A DNA stretch of 64,000 bases from assembly GCA_051294375.1 (NCBI GenBank), contig CM119268.1:2386724-2450723 (forward strand), written 5' to 3'. This document shows, piece by piece, positions 1-11,287 of this stretch (the first letter of the stretch is position 1; every line of letters starts with the position of its first letter). A program made the translations under genes and the position numbers. The stretch comes from Paraspadella gotoi (Eukaryota; Animalia; Chaetognatha). The notes below the pieces were generated by a model. It was not told where the DNA came from. It ran no database searches and worked only from the letters and a program-made list of their open reading frames with translations.

Positions 1-778
1 TCTTTCTCTCTTTCTTTCTTTCTTTCTTTCTCTCTTTCTTTCTTTCACTCTCTCGCCCTCTGTCGTCTCCCGTCTTATCGCGTTCCGTTCCCCTTTCTTG
101 TCTCTCTCGTTCGCTCTTTTTAATTTCCTTTTTCCCTCGGGAGAGATTCTCTTCTCTTCTCTCTCTTCTCTTCTAGCTCTCTTCTCTCTCCTTCTCCCCT
201 CGCTCTCTCTCTTCTCTCTCCCGCTTCAAAATCGCAGCGACCGCCCGCGCTGACTGAGCGTGCGACAGCGTGTTGACGAATCGCTCTCTCGTCTTTTTCC
301 CGTCTCTAATCTTCTCTTCGTTCTCATCTCTCTCTCTCTCTCTCTCTCTCTTCTTCTCTCTCTCGTCTCTCTCTCTCTCTCTTCATCTCGTCTCTCTCTC
401 TCTAGCTCTCCCTCCCTCGCACGGCAAGAGAACGCCAATCTCCCTTCGCTCCATGTTTCTTCCTCGCAGGATTTATTTCCGCCTCTTTGTCTTCGGCTTC
501 TTTACTCCTCCTCCGCTTCCACACCCAGTCCAATCCTTCCCCAACCCCTTCTGTCCACCCCCAACTCCGCCCGGCCTCTTCCATCCACTCATCTCAGCTA
601 TTTTTTCGCTGCTTCGTTTTCCCATATTTTTAACATTTTATGCCTCTTTTCTTTCTTCCATTTTCCACTGGGTTCCTTATTTCTCTCTTGCGTCGATCGA
701 CACGCTCTGCTCTCGTCTGCTCTCCTCTCATCGCTCAATCTCTCTCTCTCTGCTCTCTCTGTCCTCTCCTCTCTCTCT

Positions 779-814
<36 letters not shown>

Positions 815-1319
815 CTCTCTCTTCTCGCACCTGATCATTCAAAAGCGCAAAACCTCTCTTCTCTTCCTTTAATTTCCTCCCATCCTTCTCCTTTTCTTTC
901 CCCATCCTTCTCTTCCCTCTTCTCTCCCTTCTCCTCCCCTCTATCATCATCTCTCTTCTCAGTCTCCCCCTCCTCCAGCCTCTCTCAAAGTCCTCCTTGG
1001 TTTTTTTTCGCATCGTGTCAAAAGACGCGGGAGTCGCCGTCGCACGCGCCGCGCGGCTGCGATTCCGCGTGCGGCGTCGCGGCGAGGCGCGAAGCGCCGC
1101 CGGAAGAGCGGAGAAAAGAAAAAAAAAATTGGAGTGAAAACGTTGGAAAGAGGAGGGAGAGAGTCGGGTGAGGTGGGGGAGTGGAGAGTGGAGGAAGAGC
1201 GAGAGATCGCAGGGGGGGGGTGGAGGAAAGGGGGGGGCGAATTTCTCGTTCCGCGCCGAGTTCGTCGTTCGGAGTCGAGACGCGGAGGAGAAAGAGAGGG
1301 GGAGAGAGAGAGAGAGAGC

Positions 1320-1356
<37 letters not shown>

Positions 1357-1461
1357 GAGAGGAGAGGAGAAGAGGGGGGGAAATGGAACAATACCAGGCT
1401 TCAGCGACGAAGGAGACTCTTCTGCGCTTCTCTCTTTTTCTCCTCTCTCCGCGGTCGCTTT

Positions 1462-1541
1462 GGCAGGCCCAGTTGGTAAGAACCGTGGCGAGCTAACATG
1501 AACAATGCGTGAGTTCGATTCCTCGCCCGTCGTCGATTTTT
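1462..1541 (+). pseudogene. Degenerate tRNA-like sequence (tRNA-Ile-like pseudogene or tRNA-derived SINE head)
   Basis: A-box-like CCCAGTTGGTAAG, then CGTGG..GCTAA as in metazoan tRNA-Ile(AAT), B-box-like GAGTTCGATTCC and TTTTT. The acceptor and anticodon stems do not pair properly. Confidence 0.4.
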
Positions 1542-2260
1542 ACGGAGAAAACATTTTTTTTCCTTTCGTGTTTCAAATTATTTGGTCAAAATGACGCCGA
1601 CGACCGACGACGACACAACGACGACGAGTGATCGATGCGAGTGTCGAAAGAGCGAGAGCGAGAGCGGAGAGCCGGAGAGCGAGAGCGAGAGCGAGAGCGA
1701 GAGTCGAGAGCAACGGAAATCGGTAGGTGGCATACTTGGCACTTCGATCGAAAGTGGCGTTTGGTGATTTGTGGTGGCGTTACTGGTTGGCTGGAAGCGG
1801 AGCGAGTGGTATTTAATGGGATTTTACTGGATGCCACTTCGGATTGAGTGGTTTCAAAAATCCATGGTACCGAAAACAGATAAACGAATAAATAAAAATA
1901 CAACCATTTTTAAAAAATTATCCTTTTCAGTCAATAAATAAATAAATTTCCCTGACTTTGAACAATTAAGCTCTCCCACAGTCTTGTTTATTCACTCCAC
2001 ATTCCCTATCGATTAAGTGGTATAATATTTTAAGAATGTTTTAATTGTATAAAACTAAGTACGGAGTTCTGACCAAGAGAGAACGAGAGGAAGAAATAAA
2101 GTGTTTACTGATGGAAGAGGCTTCGAGTGAAATATTAAACTTTAACTTATGATTTATATTGAACTTAGAATTAAACTGCAAACTGACTCAGTTCAACGAA
2201 GAGACATAAATTAATTTAAGCAGCAAGGGTGCCAGGCGAACTGAGCTGATGCCCAAAAGT

Positions 2261-2307
<47 letters not shown>

Positions 2308-3086
2308 CTCTCTTCATCTCCTCTCTTCTCTCTCCTCTCTCTCTCATTCTCTTCTCTCTCGGTCTCCTCTCTGCCTCTCTCTCTACCCTTCGGCTGAATT
2401 TCTTGAATGTCCAGTGGGAAATGTGGGATAAGTAGAAAATATTTCTATGTCTCCTTCTTTGATTTTCTCTTCCCTTATCTCCTTCTCACTATTCCTTTGT
2501 CTCCTTTTCTTCTTCTATTCATCTTCCTAATTATTTTCTTTCACNNNNNNNNNNNNNNNNNNNNNNNNNNNNNNNNNNNNNNNNNNNNNNNNNNNNNNNN
2601 NNNNNNNNNNNNNNNNNNNNNNNNNNNNNNNNNNNNNNNNNNNNNNNNNNNNNNNNNNNNNNNNNNNNNNNNNNNNNNNNNNNNNNNNNNNNNNNNNNNN
2701 NNNNNNNNNNNNNNNNNNNNNNNNNNNNNNNNNNNNNNNNNNNNNNNNNNNNNNNNNNNNNNNNNNNNNNNNNNNNNNNNNNNNNNNNNNNNNNNNNNNN
2801 NNNNNNNNNNNNNNNNNNNNNNNNNNNNNNNNNNNNNNNNNNNNNNNNNNNNNNNNNNNNNNNNNNNNNNNNNNNNNNNNNNNNNNNNNNNNNNNNNNNN
2901 NNNNNNNNNNNNNNNNNNNNNNNNNNNNNNNNNNNNNNNNNNCTTATCTCCTTCTCTCTATTCCTTTGTCTCCTTCTCACTTTTCGATTCGGGGTCTCCT
3001 GCTTCCAAGACGTTCACCGACGTCCGATATTTTCCTTCCTTCATTCACAAGACTCGAAGCCGAGTTCACGTGACGGTTTCCCGATG

Positions 3087-3130
<44 letters not shown>

Positions 3131-4250
3131 CAAGTAAAATACTAAACCAAAATTTCCTTATCAATCTTTCATATTTAGTCATTTGCAAAATTTGATATTT
3201 CAATCCATTATTTTTATTGTTTGCTCGCATTAAAGATCAACATTAAAAATGTTATCGATTATATGTTCATGAATTGTTAAGTGTTACCTAACCAAAGATT
3301 CATCAAATGATCTAAACTTTCGGTTCCATCCAGATTTATCAATCCTTATTATAATTCAAACTTCGCAATAAGTAATCACTTCACTGTTAAGATTTCCATT
3401 GCTTCGTCCCTCACCCCCCTTACCTCTCCACCCCCTTCTTCTTCCTCACCCCTGTAAAAGATGATTAAGGGATCAAGAGACGATTCTTACAACTAAGATA
3501 CTTTTCAAATGCGCATTTTACAGTTAAGCTGTATCCATTGAAACTCTTGGTACTTAGGAAATATTCTACATTTCTTATCTCTAGCATATTTGCCCCCTAC
3601 ATTATCCCATTTCTCTCTCACAGCCTACCGTTAACTTCGGTTTTTTTCAAATATTAAAATTCAGTTGATCGAGATAATTGTTTCTTGTTTTTTTCTTAAA
3701 TTTTCGTGCTTTTAGGATTTCTTTTTAATTCTGTTGCTACCTAGAAAAACGGAATATTCTTTTTAACATTTCGTTTCTAAAATTATACAAACATTGTGCC
3801 GACATATATCTTCATATCGAACATGAATATATTATTTTAAAGTTCAATAATTATTACCGAATCAGGACAATTGATATGAAATCAAAACACCAAAGCTTCT
3901 TCATAGGATTGTAAAATTTCTATCTTCAATTTAAATTTGATATAAAGTTTTGATCCGAACCCTATACTACTTCTGTTGCTGCGTATTGTCAGTTCAAACA
4001 TGGTCACTAACTGAAGAGTTTTCTCTTTCCCCAACGATATTTTCCGATTGCTGATCCTACTAACAAGAGTTTTTAATCTGAATTCAGCTTCACTTCTTGT
4101 GGGAAGTTCTTCTCTTCTTCCCTCTCCACTCTCTCTCACTCCCTCGAATTTCACTCCTCTAGTTTTCTGTCCGCCCTTGTTCTTTAATTTTCCGCTTCCT
4201 CTTCTCTCTCTTCTCTCTCTGCTCTCTCTGCTACTCTCTCTCCTCTCCTC

Positions 4251-4291
<41 letters not shown>

Positions 4292-5964
4292 CTTCTCTCC
4301 TCTCGTCGTCTTTTCGCCGGCTCGTGAAACCGTTCTTCCTCTCGTGCGCTTTTTTTTTTTTGCTGAGGCTGATTTATGCGTTCGAGCGACGACCGACGAC
4401 GACGACGGACGACGACGAAGAAGAAGGGAAGAGAGAAAGAAGAAGAGAAGAGGGTGAGCATTTTTTCGTCCCAACCTTTTTCGCCTTTTTCGCTCTTCGT
4501 TCGTCTTTTTCCTAAGATTCCCTTCCACCTTTTGATTCAGCCACGGGCGTTTTCCTTTTTCACTTTCACATCATTGCGGTCTTCAAATAAGCGTACCTGC
4601 ACGTCATTAACCATCACCGTTCCTCATTGCGTCCTTGCATCAATTTTTGTCCGCCATTTGAATTCGTCGTTATTGAAATCAGTTTTTTTTTAAAATTACC
4701 CTCTACATTACAATCCACCACCCCGACCACCACCACGACCACCACCCCACAACCACCCTTCCCTAATCGCCCTGACGCAACCCCCGCATCTCAACCACGG
4801 CATTTCGCTCACCAGCCCGGCCCATTCTAATCGCCCTCCAACCAAAAACAAGGGAAAGAAAAAGAAAAAAAAACAAAAAAAAAAAAAAAAAAAAGGAAAA
4901 AAATGGGAAAAAAGAAAAAAAGAAAAGAAAAAAAACTCGGGTTTTCCTCGACCCTACTCAATAGGGTGAGCGAAATTGAACATATTATTCTGTCCTGCTT
5001 ATATTAACTTAACAATAATTTAATTATAATTTTTAGTTTTATAATTTTGATGTTAACTTTTTAAGAGAAATCTGAATCTTTAAAAAAACTATTTTTTAAG
5101 ATACTATTTTCGATTACAGGTATTACTATAAATATATTTGCTTTTTTATGAATCTATTTCCCCAAACAATGGATGAACAAAATATTTTTGTATTCCATAA
5201 TCATACTATCTGGCCATCAATTATCCTTGTTTGATTACTCAAATCAATTTTAGTTCTCGAGAGTCCACCCTACTACTCAATCCACCACCAGCACCCTTCC
5301 ATTCCCCCTTCCCCCCTGCCCCCTCAACATTCCTCCTCCTCCCCCCCAGCCCGCCGGTCACTTCCGCCCGCGCGCGACGCCATCCCGAGCCGGAAGTATT
5401 AGAGAAGTACGTCGCTTCCGCGTTTTAAGAGAGCAGCATGCAACCCGGCGGCAGCATGCAAAACCAACGGCAGATGCAACCGACTCTGTCTAGAGCGAGA
5501 AAGGCAGGGGGGCTGGCAGCGGGGGAAGTGAGGGAAATTCAGCGTCGCCTATACAAAAGGTTGGAGTCAATTTTCTTTTTTCCTTTTTTCTTCACTTATG
5601 AAATTGTTAGAAAATGTTAACTCCGGAGTTCAGAAATTTTATTATTTTTCCAGGTAGATGGCAAAAACCGTTGACAAAATGACCCGCGTGATCGCAAGTG
5701 TTGAAACGAATAAGGAGACGAGTTGACTTCGTGTGAGTTAGGGTGAGTTAAGTGGAAATTTAATCACGGCATTTCGCTCATCCCTTTAAGCAAAGAACGA
5801 CCAGCTAATCGCTGGTTAGTCTATATTTATGCTTTAATTAATTATAATTAACGCCCGATTATAATCTACGAATTTTGAGAATTTAATCAATAGAGATAGG
5901 AAAAATAGGACTTTTGTATTTTTTTCTTTTTAGTGAGAATATATAAGTTAGGGCTCTTTAATCC

Positions 5965-6015
<51 letters not shown>

Positions 6016-6346
6016 CTCTCTCAAAGAAGGTCAATCCAACCCATAACGTGACTCTTTCTGTAAGGCCAATTTTTCAGTCCTCCCTATAATTACTCCTAAA
6101 TTATTTTAACTTTTTAAAGGTTAATCAAAATTAATCTGAGCTTCGGTTGACCAAACTTGCATTGAAAAATTCTAATTTTCAAATATTTCCATTAATTTAC
6201 CTTTTTCACTTTGTTTCAATTCTGTCCACTTGTTCGTACATCTCTTAGACCAAAGACTAGAACAAACTGATATCTCAGGTTATAACCGGTAACAATCCAG
6301 GCCCTTTTCCCCAGCTTAATGTAACTGTCGTTAAGTTGCACGTACG

Positions 6347-7099
6347 GCCTAGAAGCGATCGATCCCCAATCAGGTACCGAGTTATCGATCCCCAATTGTA
6401 CCGAGATCGATCCCAACGTACCGAGTCGATTCCCCAATGTACCGAGATCGATCCCCAACGGTAACCGAGATCAATCCCCAATTGTACTGATGATCGATTC
6501 CCCAATTGTACCAAATCGATCCCCAATTTCGTCTAGGCCACGATGATCCCCAATGGTACCGGAGATTCAATCCCCAATCTACCCGAGATCGGATTCCCCA
6601 ACGGTACGAGATCAATCCCAATTGTACCGAATCGATCCCCAATCAGTACCGCGATCGATTCCCCAATTTATACCACCACTTGATCCCCAACGGGGGGGGG
6701 ATTACAAGATCGATCCCCAATTGTACCGCAGATCGATCCCCAACCCCTATTCGTACGATATCGATTCCCAATCTGTACGAGATCGAAGCCAACGGTAACC
6801 GATATTATCCCCAATTGCTACGAGATCGATGCCCCAATTGTACCGCGATACTATCCCCAATTGTACCACGATCCGGTCCCCAATGCGTACCTGAGATCGA
6901 TCCCAATCTGTACGCGAGATCGATACCAAGTTTACTCGAACGATCCCCAATTGTACCGCGATCGATCCCCAACGGGGATACCTACCCCGCAGGGAAGCAT
7001 TTTGAGGACGGGCCGTAAAAACTGCCTTTGGCGGCGTGGAAAAACCCTCGATCCTGGTTCCAAGCCCAGGACCGGCATTCCATGCGCTGCTTGCCGGAG
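6347..7099 (-). mobile_element. piggyBac-like non-autonomous terminal fragment carrying a 22-bp minisatellite (copy 1)
   Basis: Ends at TTAA (7100-7103). Homologous to 10526-10791 and 26573-26746, both of which start TTAA|CCC. The other terminus was not identified. Confidence 0.5.
6357..6975. repeat. 22-bp minisatellite GTACCGAGATCGATCCCCAATT/AACG, roughly 27 noisy units
   Basis: The core GATCGATCCCCAA recurs every ~22-23 bp with no unique spacers. Confidence 0.9.
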
Positions 7100-7378
7100 T
7101 TAAAGAATTAGTGCTCTTCCACCGAACTAGCGCCCTCGTCCACAACTTTCCCAACACCACGAACCGGAAAAACCTCCACCCTGAAAACTTTTCTCTGTCG
7201 ATTCTTAACGTACGATCATCAAAATTACTTCTCTCTTCTCACTTCTCGCCTTCGTATAATCGTCCGTCCCGCTTCCAATAATTCTTTAATCGTTTCATCT
7301 CTTCTCCGCTTTTTTCGCCAATAGTTGATCGTTCGCCCCTCTTAAATCATTAATTTAAAAAAAATAAAACCTCTTTAA

Positions 7379-9717
7379 GACACAATGAAAAATGGCGTAA
7401 ACGTTACTGTCCGTGCAAAAAAAAAATTGCACTGTTTCAATATTATTATATTTCTTATTTTTTTTGAAACGTTGTTAGTTTATATTGCTGACTATCCCAA
7501 AATATCAATGCAAAATCTTTTTTTTTTTGATATTGGACTGAATATAGGGTGAAACAGATGATAAATTTTTTAAAAGATTACTTATTATATTTATTCATAG
7601 AATTGTAATAAAAAAAAATAAAAAAAAATCAATAGTACTAATAGTTAGTGCTTAAGTCTCAAATAGATGGGAAAAAAAACCTCACTTTCAAAAAATTCGT
7701 ATCGTGAAGTTGGGTAACTAAGGCTTACCAATGGCATCCTCCACGCCGATTGTTCTCTTCAAATAATATTTTTTTTATTTAATACATTTGAAAGGCGAAA
7801 AAAGAAAAAAAATTTGGAATGCTCAGGTGCAGAAAGGAAGTACAGATAATCTGGACTTATTGACTGATAAAACATGACTTTTAATAATCTTGTGACAAAG
7901 GGGCAGTTTAAAGAAATCTAAAAAATCTTCTTATCATTAAGTAGTCAATGAACCCTTTCCAATGGCGGCTGATACGGGGAGAAAGTATTTTTCTTAATTT
8001 AAAATGGATTGAATAAATAATAAAATAAATTCCTTGCTATATTTAAAAAAAAATTATCAATACAAATTAACACAATTGATGTTTTGCTTGTCAAGATATG
8101 CTTACCAGCCTACTATAATTCTTTTTACAACTTTAATATTGATAAATCAAGCAAGTGTGTCAAGCTTTTAGTTTGCAGTTATAAGATGACATGGAAAAAT
8201 GACGATTTTTTTTTTCACAGACAGAAGGTAGAGTCCAAGACTTTTATAATCCAAGCTGAAAACATTTTTGTTATATATTATTTTTATATTTTAAAATTAT
8301 ATTTTATTCAAGCTACAACATAAATTTTTGCTTGTTTTTACTTTTACTGAAAAAATAATAAGCAATTTTATGCGAATAAAAAAATTTAATAATAACAAAA
8401 TGTAATTCAGTCTTTCCTTGTCAAATTACAAAAGAAAAAAGAAAAAATTTCACTATGTCTTCATTGAAATTTTTAAAGCAAAAAACTGTTATACTTTTAA
8501 CTCATGATTTAAACAAAAGCTGTGTAAAGATTTATGGATTCAATTTAATAAAACTCTTTTAGAAAGGGAGTTCTGTCCATGATTAGGGCTTTAATTTTGA
8601 ACCACATCCACCTTGCTACCTCTTTCTCAAAAGTTATTTAAAAAAAATAACGTTTTTATAAATATAACCGCAGTACAAATCTTTGTTAAATAAAAATTTC
8701 GGCCAAAGCGGAGTCATCTCACTTATTTCTGTTGTACAATACTTAAATTTCAAAATAAAAATTTGAAGAAAATTTTTTTGTCAAATTTAGCAGACCAAAT
8801 CACTTTCAAGTATGCATCGTATAATAATTTATTCTATTTTTTTCCCCCAAAATAAGCCTAATAGAAAAGTACAAATTTTTCTCCAAATTGTTGGGAAAAA
8901 AAATTTTTCATCCGACTTATGCTCATTGAGACATAATGGTTTTTAGCAATAGAAAATTAAAAATTATCAAAAAAAATAAAAAAATCAGCCTCTAGAAAAA
9001 TCGAAAGGCTAGAGGTGATTTTTTGTAGAATTGCAAAATTTTTTTCCTGACTCATAATTCCATTATTCTCAGTTCAAAATATTTTTCCAAAATCATTTAA
9101 TCAATTTTTTTTATTAATTTTAAAATGTTTTTATGATGTTGTTTTTGTCGAAAAAAATTGATAAAAAAGTGAAAAATATAGTAATGTATTATGAAGGGTT
9201 TTTGAAAATACCCCTTTCTAAAATCATCAAAATAATTAGACACAAGTGGGAGTAAGCAGAGAAAACTTGTCCCATTCATAAAGAAAATTGAAATGAATTT
9301 GTCATTTGTTATTATATTAATTGTACTAATTACAAACAAATGATTTATATAAATTGAGGAACAATGATGATAAAAAAATTCATCTTGTCTCGTAACTAAG
9401 GTTATCGTTAAAAGGTTTTGTTTTTAATAATATGTAATATTTTTTTTTACATTTATAAAAGGTCAATGGCCCTCTAAAATTTTGTAAGCCGTTTCGCAGC
9501 CTATTATGTGCTTCATCTTTTTTACTATTTTTTTGATCTAGTAGCTTTTGTGATGGTCAAGGGTGTATGGTCAGATACAGATATGTCCACAGTAGTGTAC
9601 TACCACATATTACCAAAAGTAACCGAGTAATCAATTAATTTGCTCAGAAGAAACGATTTTAAAGGGACCAAAATCAGCACAGAGACCGGTTTCGCACGTT
9701 ATTTTTCATTGTGTTTC
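7379..9717. mobile_element. Non-autonomous ~2.3-kb TIR DNA transposon with TTAA target-site duplication (Kolobok-like termini)
   Basis: Left end TTAA|GACACAATGAAAAATGGCGT, right end ACGTTATTTTTCATTGTGTTTC|TTAA (imperfect ~20-bp TIR). The inverted partner copy shows the empty site CCTCT-TTAA-CGATCAAAC near 10250-10265. The interior is AT-rich with no transposase ORF. Confidence 0.85.
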
Positions 9718-10168
9718 TTAACGGATCAAACAAGCAGGATTGGTTTTCTCCATTTCTCCCCAGTACTCTATGACCCCGAAACTCTACCCTTTTTCTCTCC
9801 CCTCCCTCTTACCTTTGACCTTTCCTCCCGCCCGTTTTCTCTGTCACACCTACCGATGTCTTATTCACCCACCTCTCAAACATCTAGCTATTCCCCACCC
9901 CCGCCCGCTCTCCAAACCCCCCGTTGGCGCCGCGAAGGGAGCGACGCCGCCGTACGCCTGGGTGATGAACGAAAACCGTCGACGTTCGAAAGGAAAAAAA
10001 AAAATCGCGGAATCGAAACCGGAATTCGAAACTTCGCTTTGTCACATGTGAAACTTTCGTCGAAGGGGTATGTGTGAAGGCTGAGAGGAGGGGGAGGGTG
10101 TTGAGAAAAGGATGGGAGAGGGGGTGAGGGTATGAGGGAGGAANNNNNNNNNNNNNNNNNNNNNNNNN

Positions 10169-11214
10169 AGGACGAGAAGGGGAGAGAAAAGGGTAAGTTT
10201 CGGGGTCATAGAGTCTGGGAGAAAATGGAGAAAACCAATCCTCTTGTTTGATCGTTAAAGAGGTTTTTTTTTTTTTAAATTAATGATTTAAGGGCGAAAG
10301 ATCAACTATTGCGAAAAGCGGAGAAGAGATGAAACGATTAAAAGAATTATTGGAAGGGGACGGACGATTATACGAAGGCGAGAAGATGAGAAGAGAGAAA
10401 GTAAATTTTGATGATCGTCGTTAGAATCGAAGAGAAAAGTTTTCAGGGTTGAGTTTTTCCGGGTTGTGGTGTTGGGAAAGTTGTGGACGAGGCGCTAAGT
10501 TCGTGGAAGAGCACTAATTCTTTAACCCGGCAAGCAGCCATGGAACCGGTCCTGGGCTTGGAACCAGGATCGAGGGTTTTCCACGCCGCCAAGGCAGTTT
10601 TACGGCCGTCCTCATGCTTCCCGCGGGGTAGGTACCGTTGGGGATCGATCGCGGTACAATTGGGGATCGATCTCGCTACAATTGGGGATCGATCTCGGTA
10701 CCGTTGGGGATCGATCGTGGTACAATTGGGGATCGATCTCGGTACAATTGGGGATCGATCTCGGTACCATTGGGGATCGATCGCTTATAGGCGTAGTGAA
10801 CTAACGAGAAAGTTAAATAAACTGGGGAAAGGGCCTGGATTGTGACCGGTTATAACCTGAGATATCAGTTTTGTTCTAGTCTTGGTCTAGAGATGTCGAA
10901 CAGTGGACAGAATTGACCAAGTGCAAACGTAATTAATGGAAAATATTTGAAAATTAGAATTTTTCATACGAGTTTGGTCACCGAAGCTCAGATTAATTTT
11001 GATTAACCTTTAAAAAGTTAANNNNNNNNNNNNNNNNNNNNNNNNNAAAAAGAGAGAAAAAGATGAAGATTCTGATGTATTCTCGATTAAACTTGCTTAC
11101 AGAATAGAGTTTAATCGAGCCAAAATTTGAGCTGGAGTAAATTCGTAGTCTGTGGGGAGAACTCTGACGACTATCTGGTCACGAGTACGTTTAATGTGTG
11201 GATGACCTTCTTTT

Positions 11215-11248
<34 letters not shown>

Positions 11249-11255
11249 GAGAGAT

Positions 11256-11287
<32 letters not shown>

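Larger units (their letters stand above)
3620..7378 (+). repeat. Arm A of a large inverted duplication (partner ~10169-14120; a further partial copy at 15403-15800)
   Basis: Reverse-complement matches seen directly, e.g. 4041-4200 vs 13615-13770, 5050-5300 vs 11970-12250, 6110-6310 vs 10820-11020, 7160-7378 vs 10255-10470. Differences are mostly 1-2 nt indels. Confidence 0.9.

Noticed and set aside
1-2450. Long ORFs rich in SL/ER dipeptides (also at 24043, 29101-29760 5' part, 37512, 38643, 54737, 56035 and elsewhere)
   Set aside because: These are translations of (CT)n/(GA)n and other simple repeats that happen to lack stop codons.
6357-6975. CRISPR-like array of palindromic ~22-bp repeats
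   Set aside because: The units are contiguous with no unique spacers, there are no cas genes, and the context is eukaryotic.
6976-7099. Paralogous terminal exon of the receptor gene (…GVENPRSWFQAQDRFHGC)
   Set aside because: Similarity to 26573-26746 stops exactly at TTAA|CCC and no upstream Cys-module exons are present, so a transposon end is more parsimonious. Not fully excluded.
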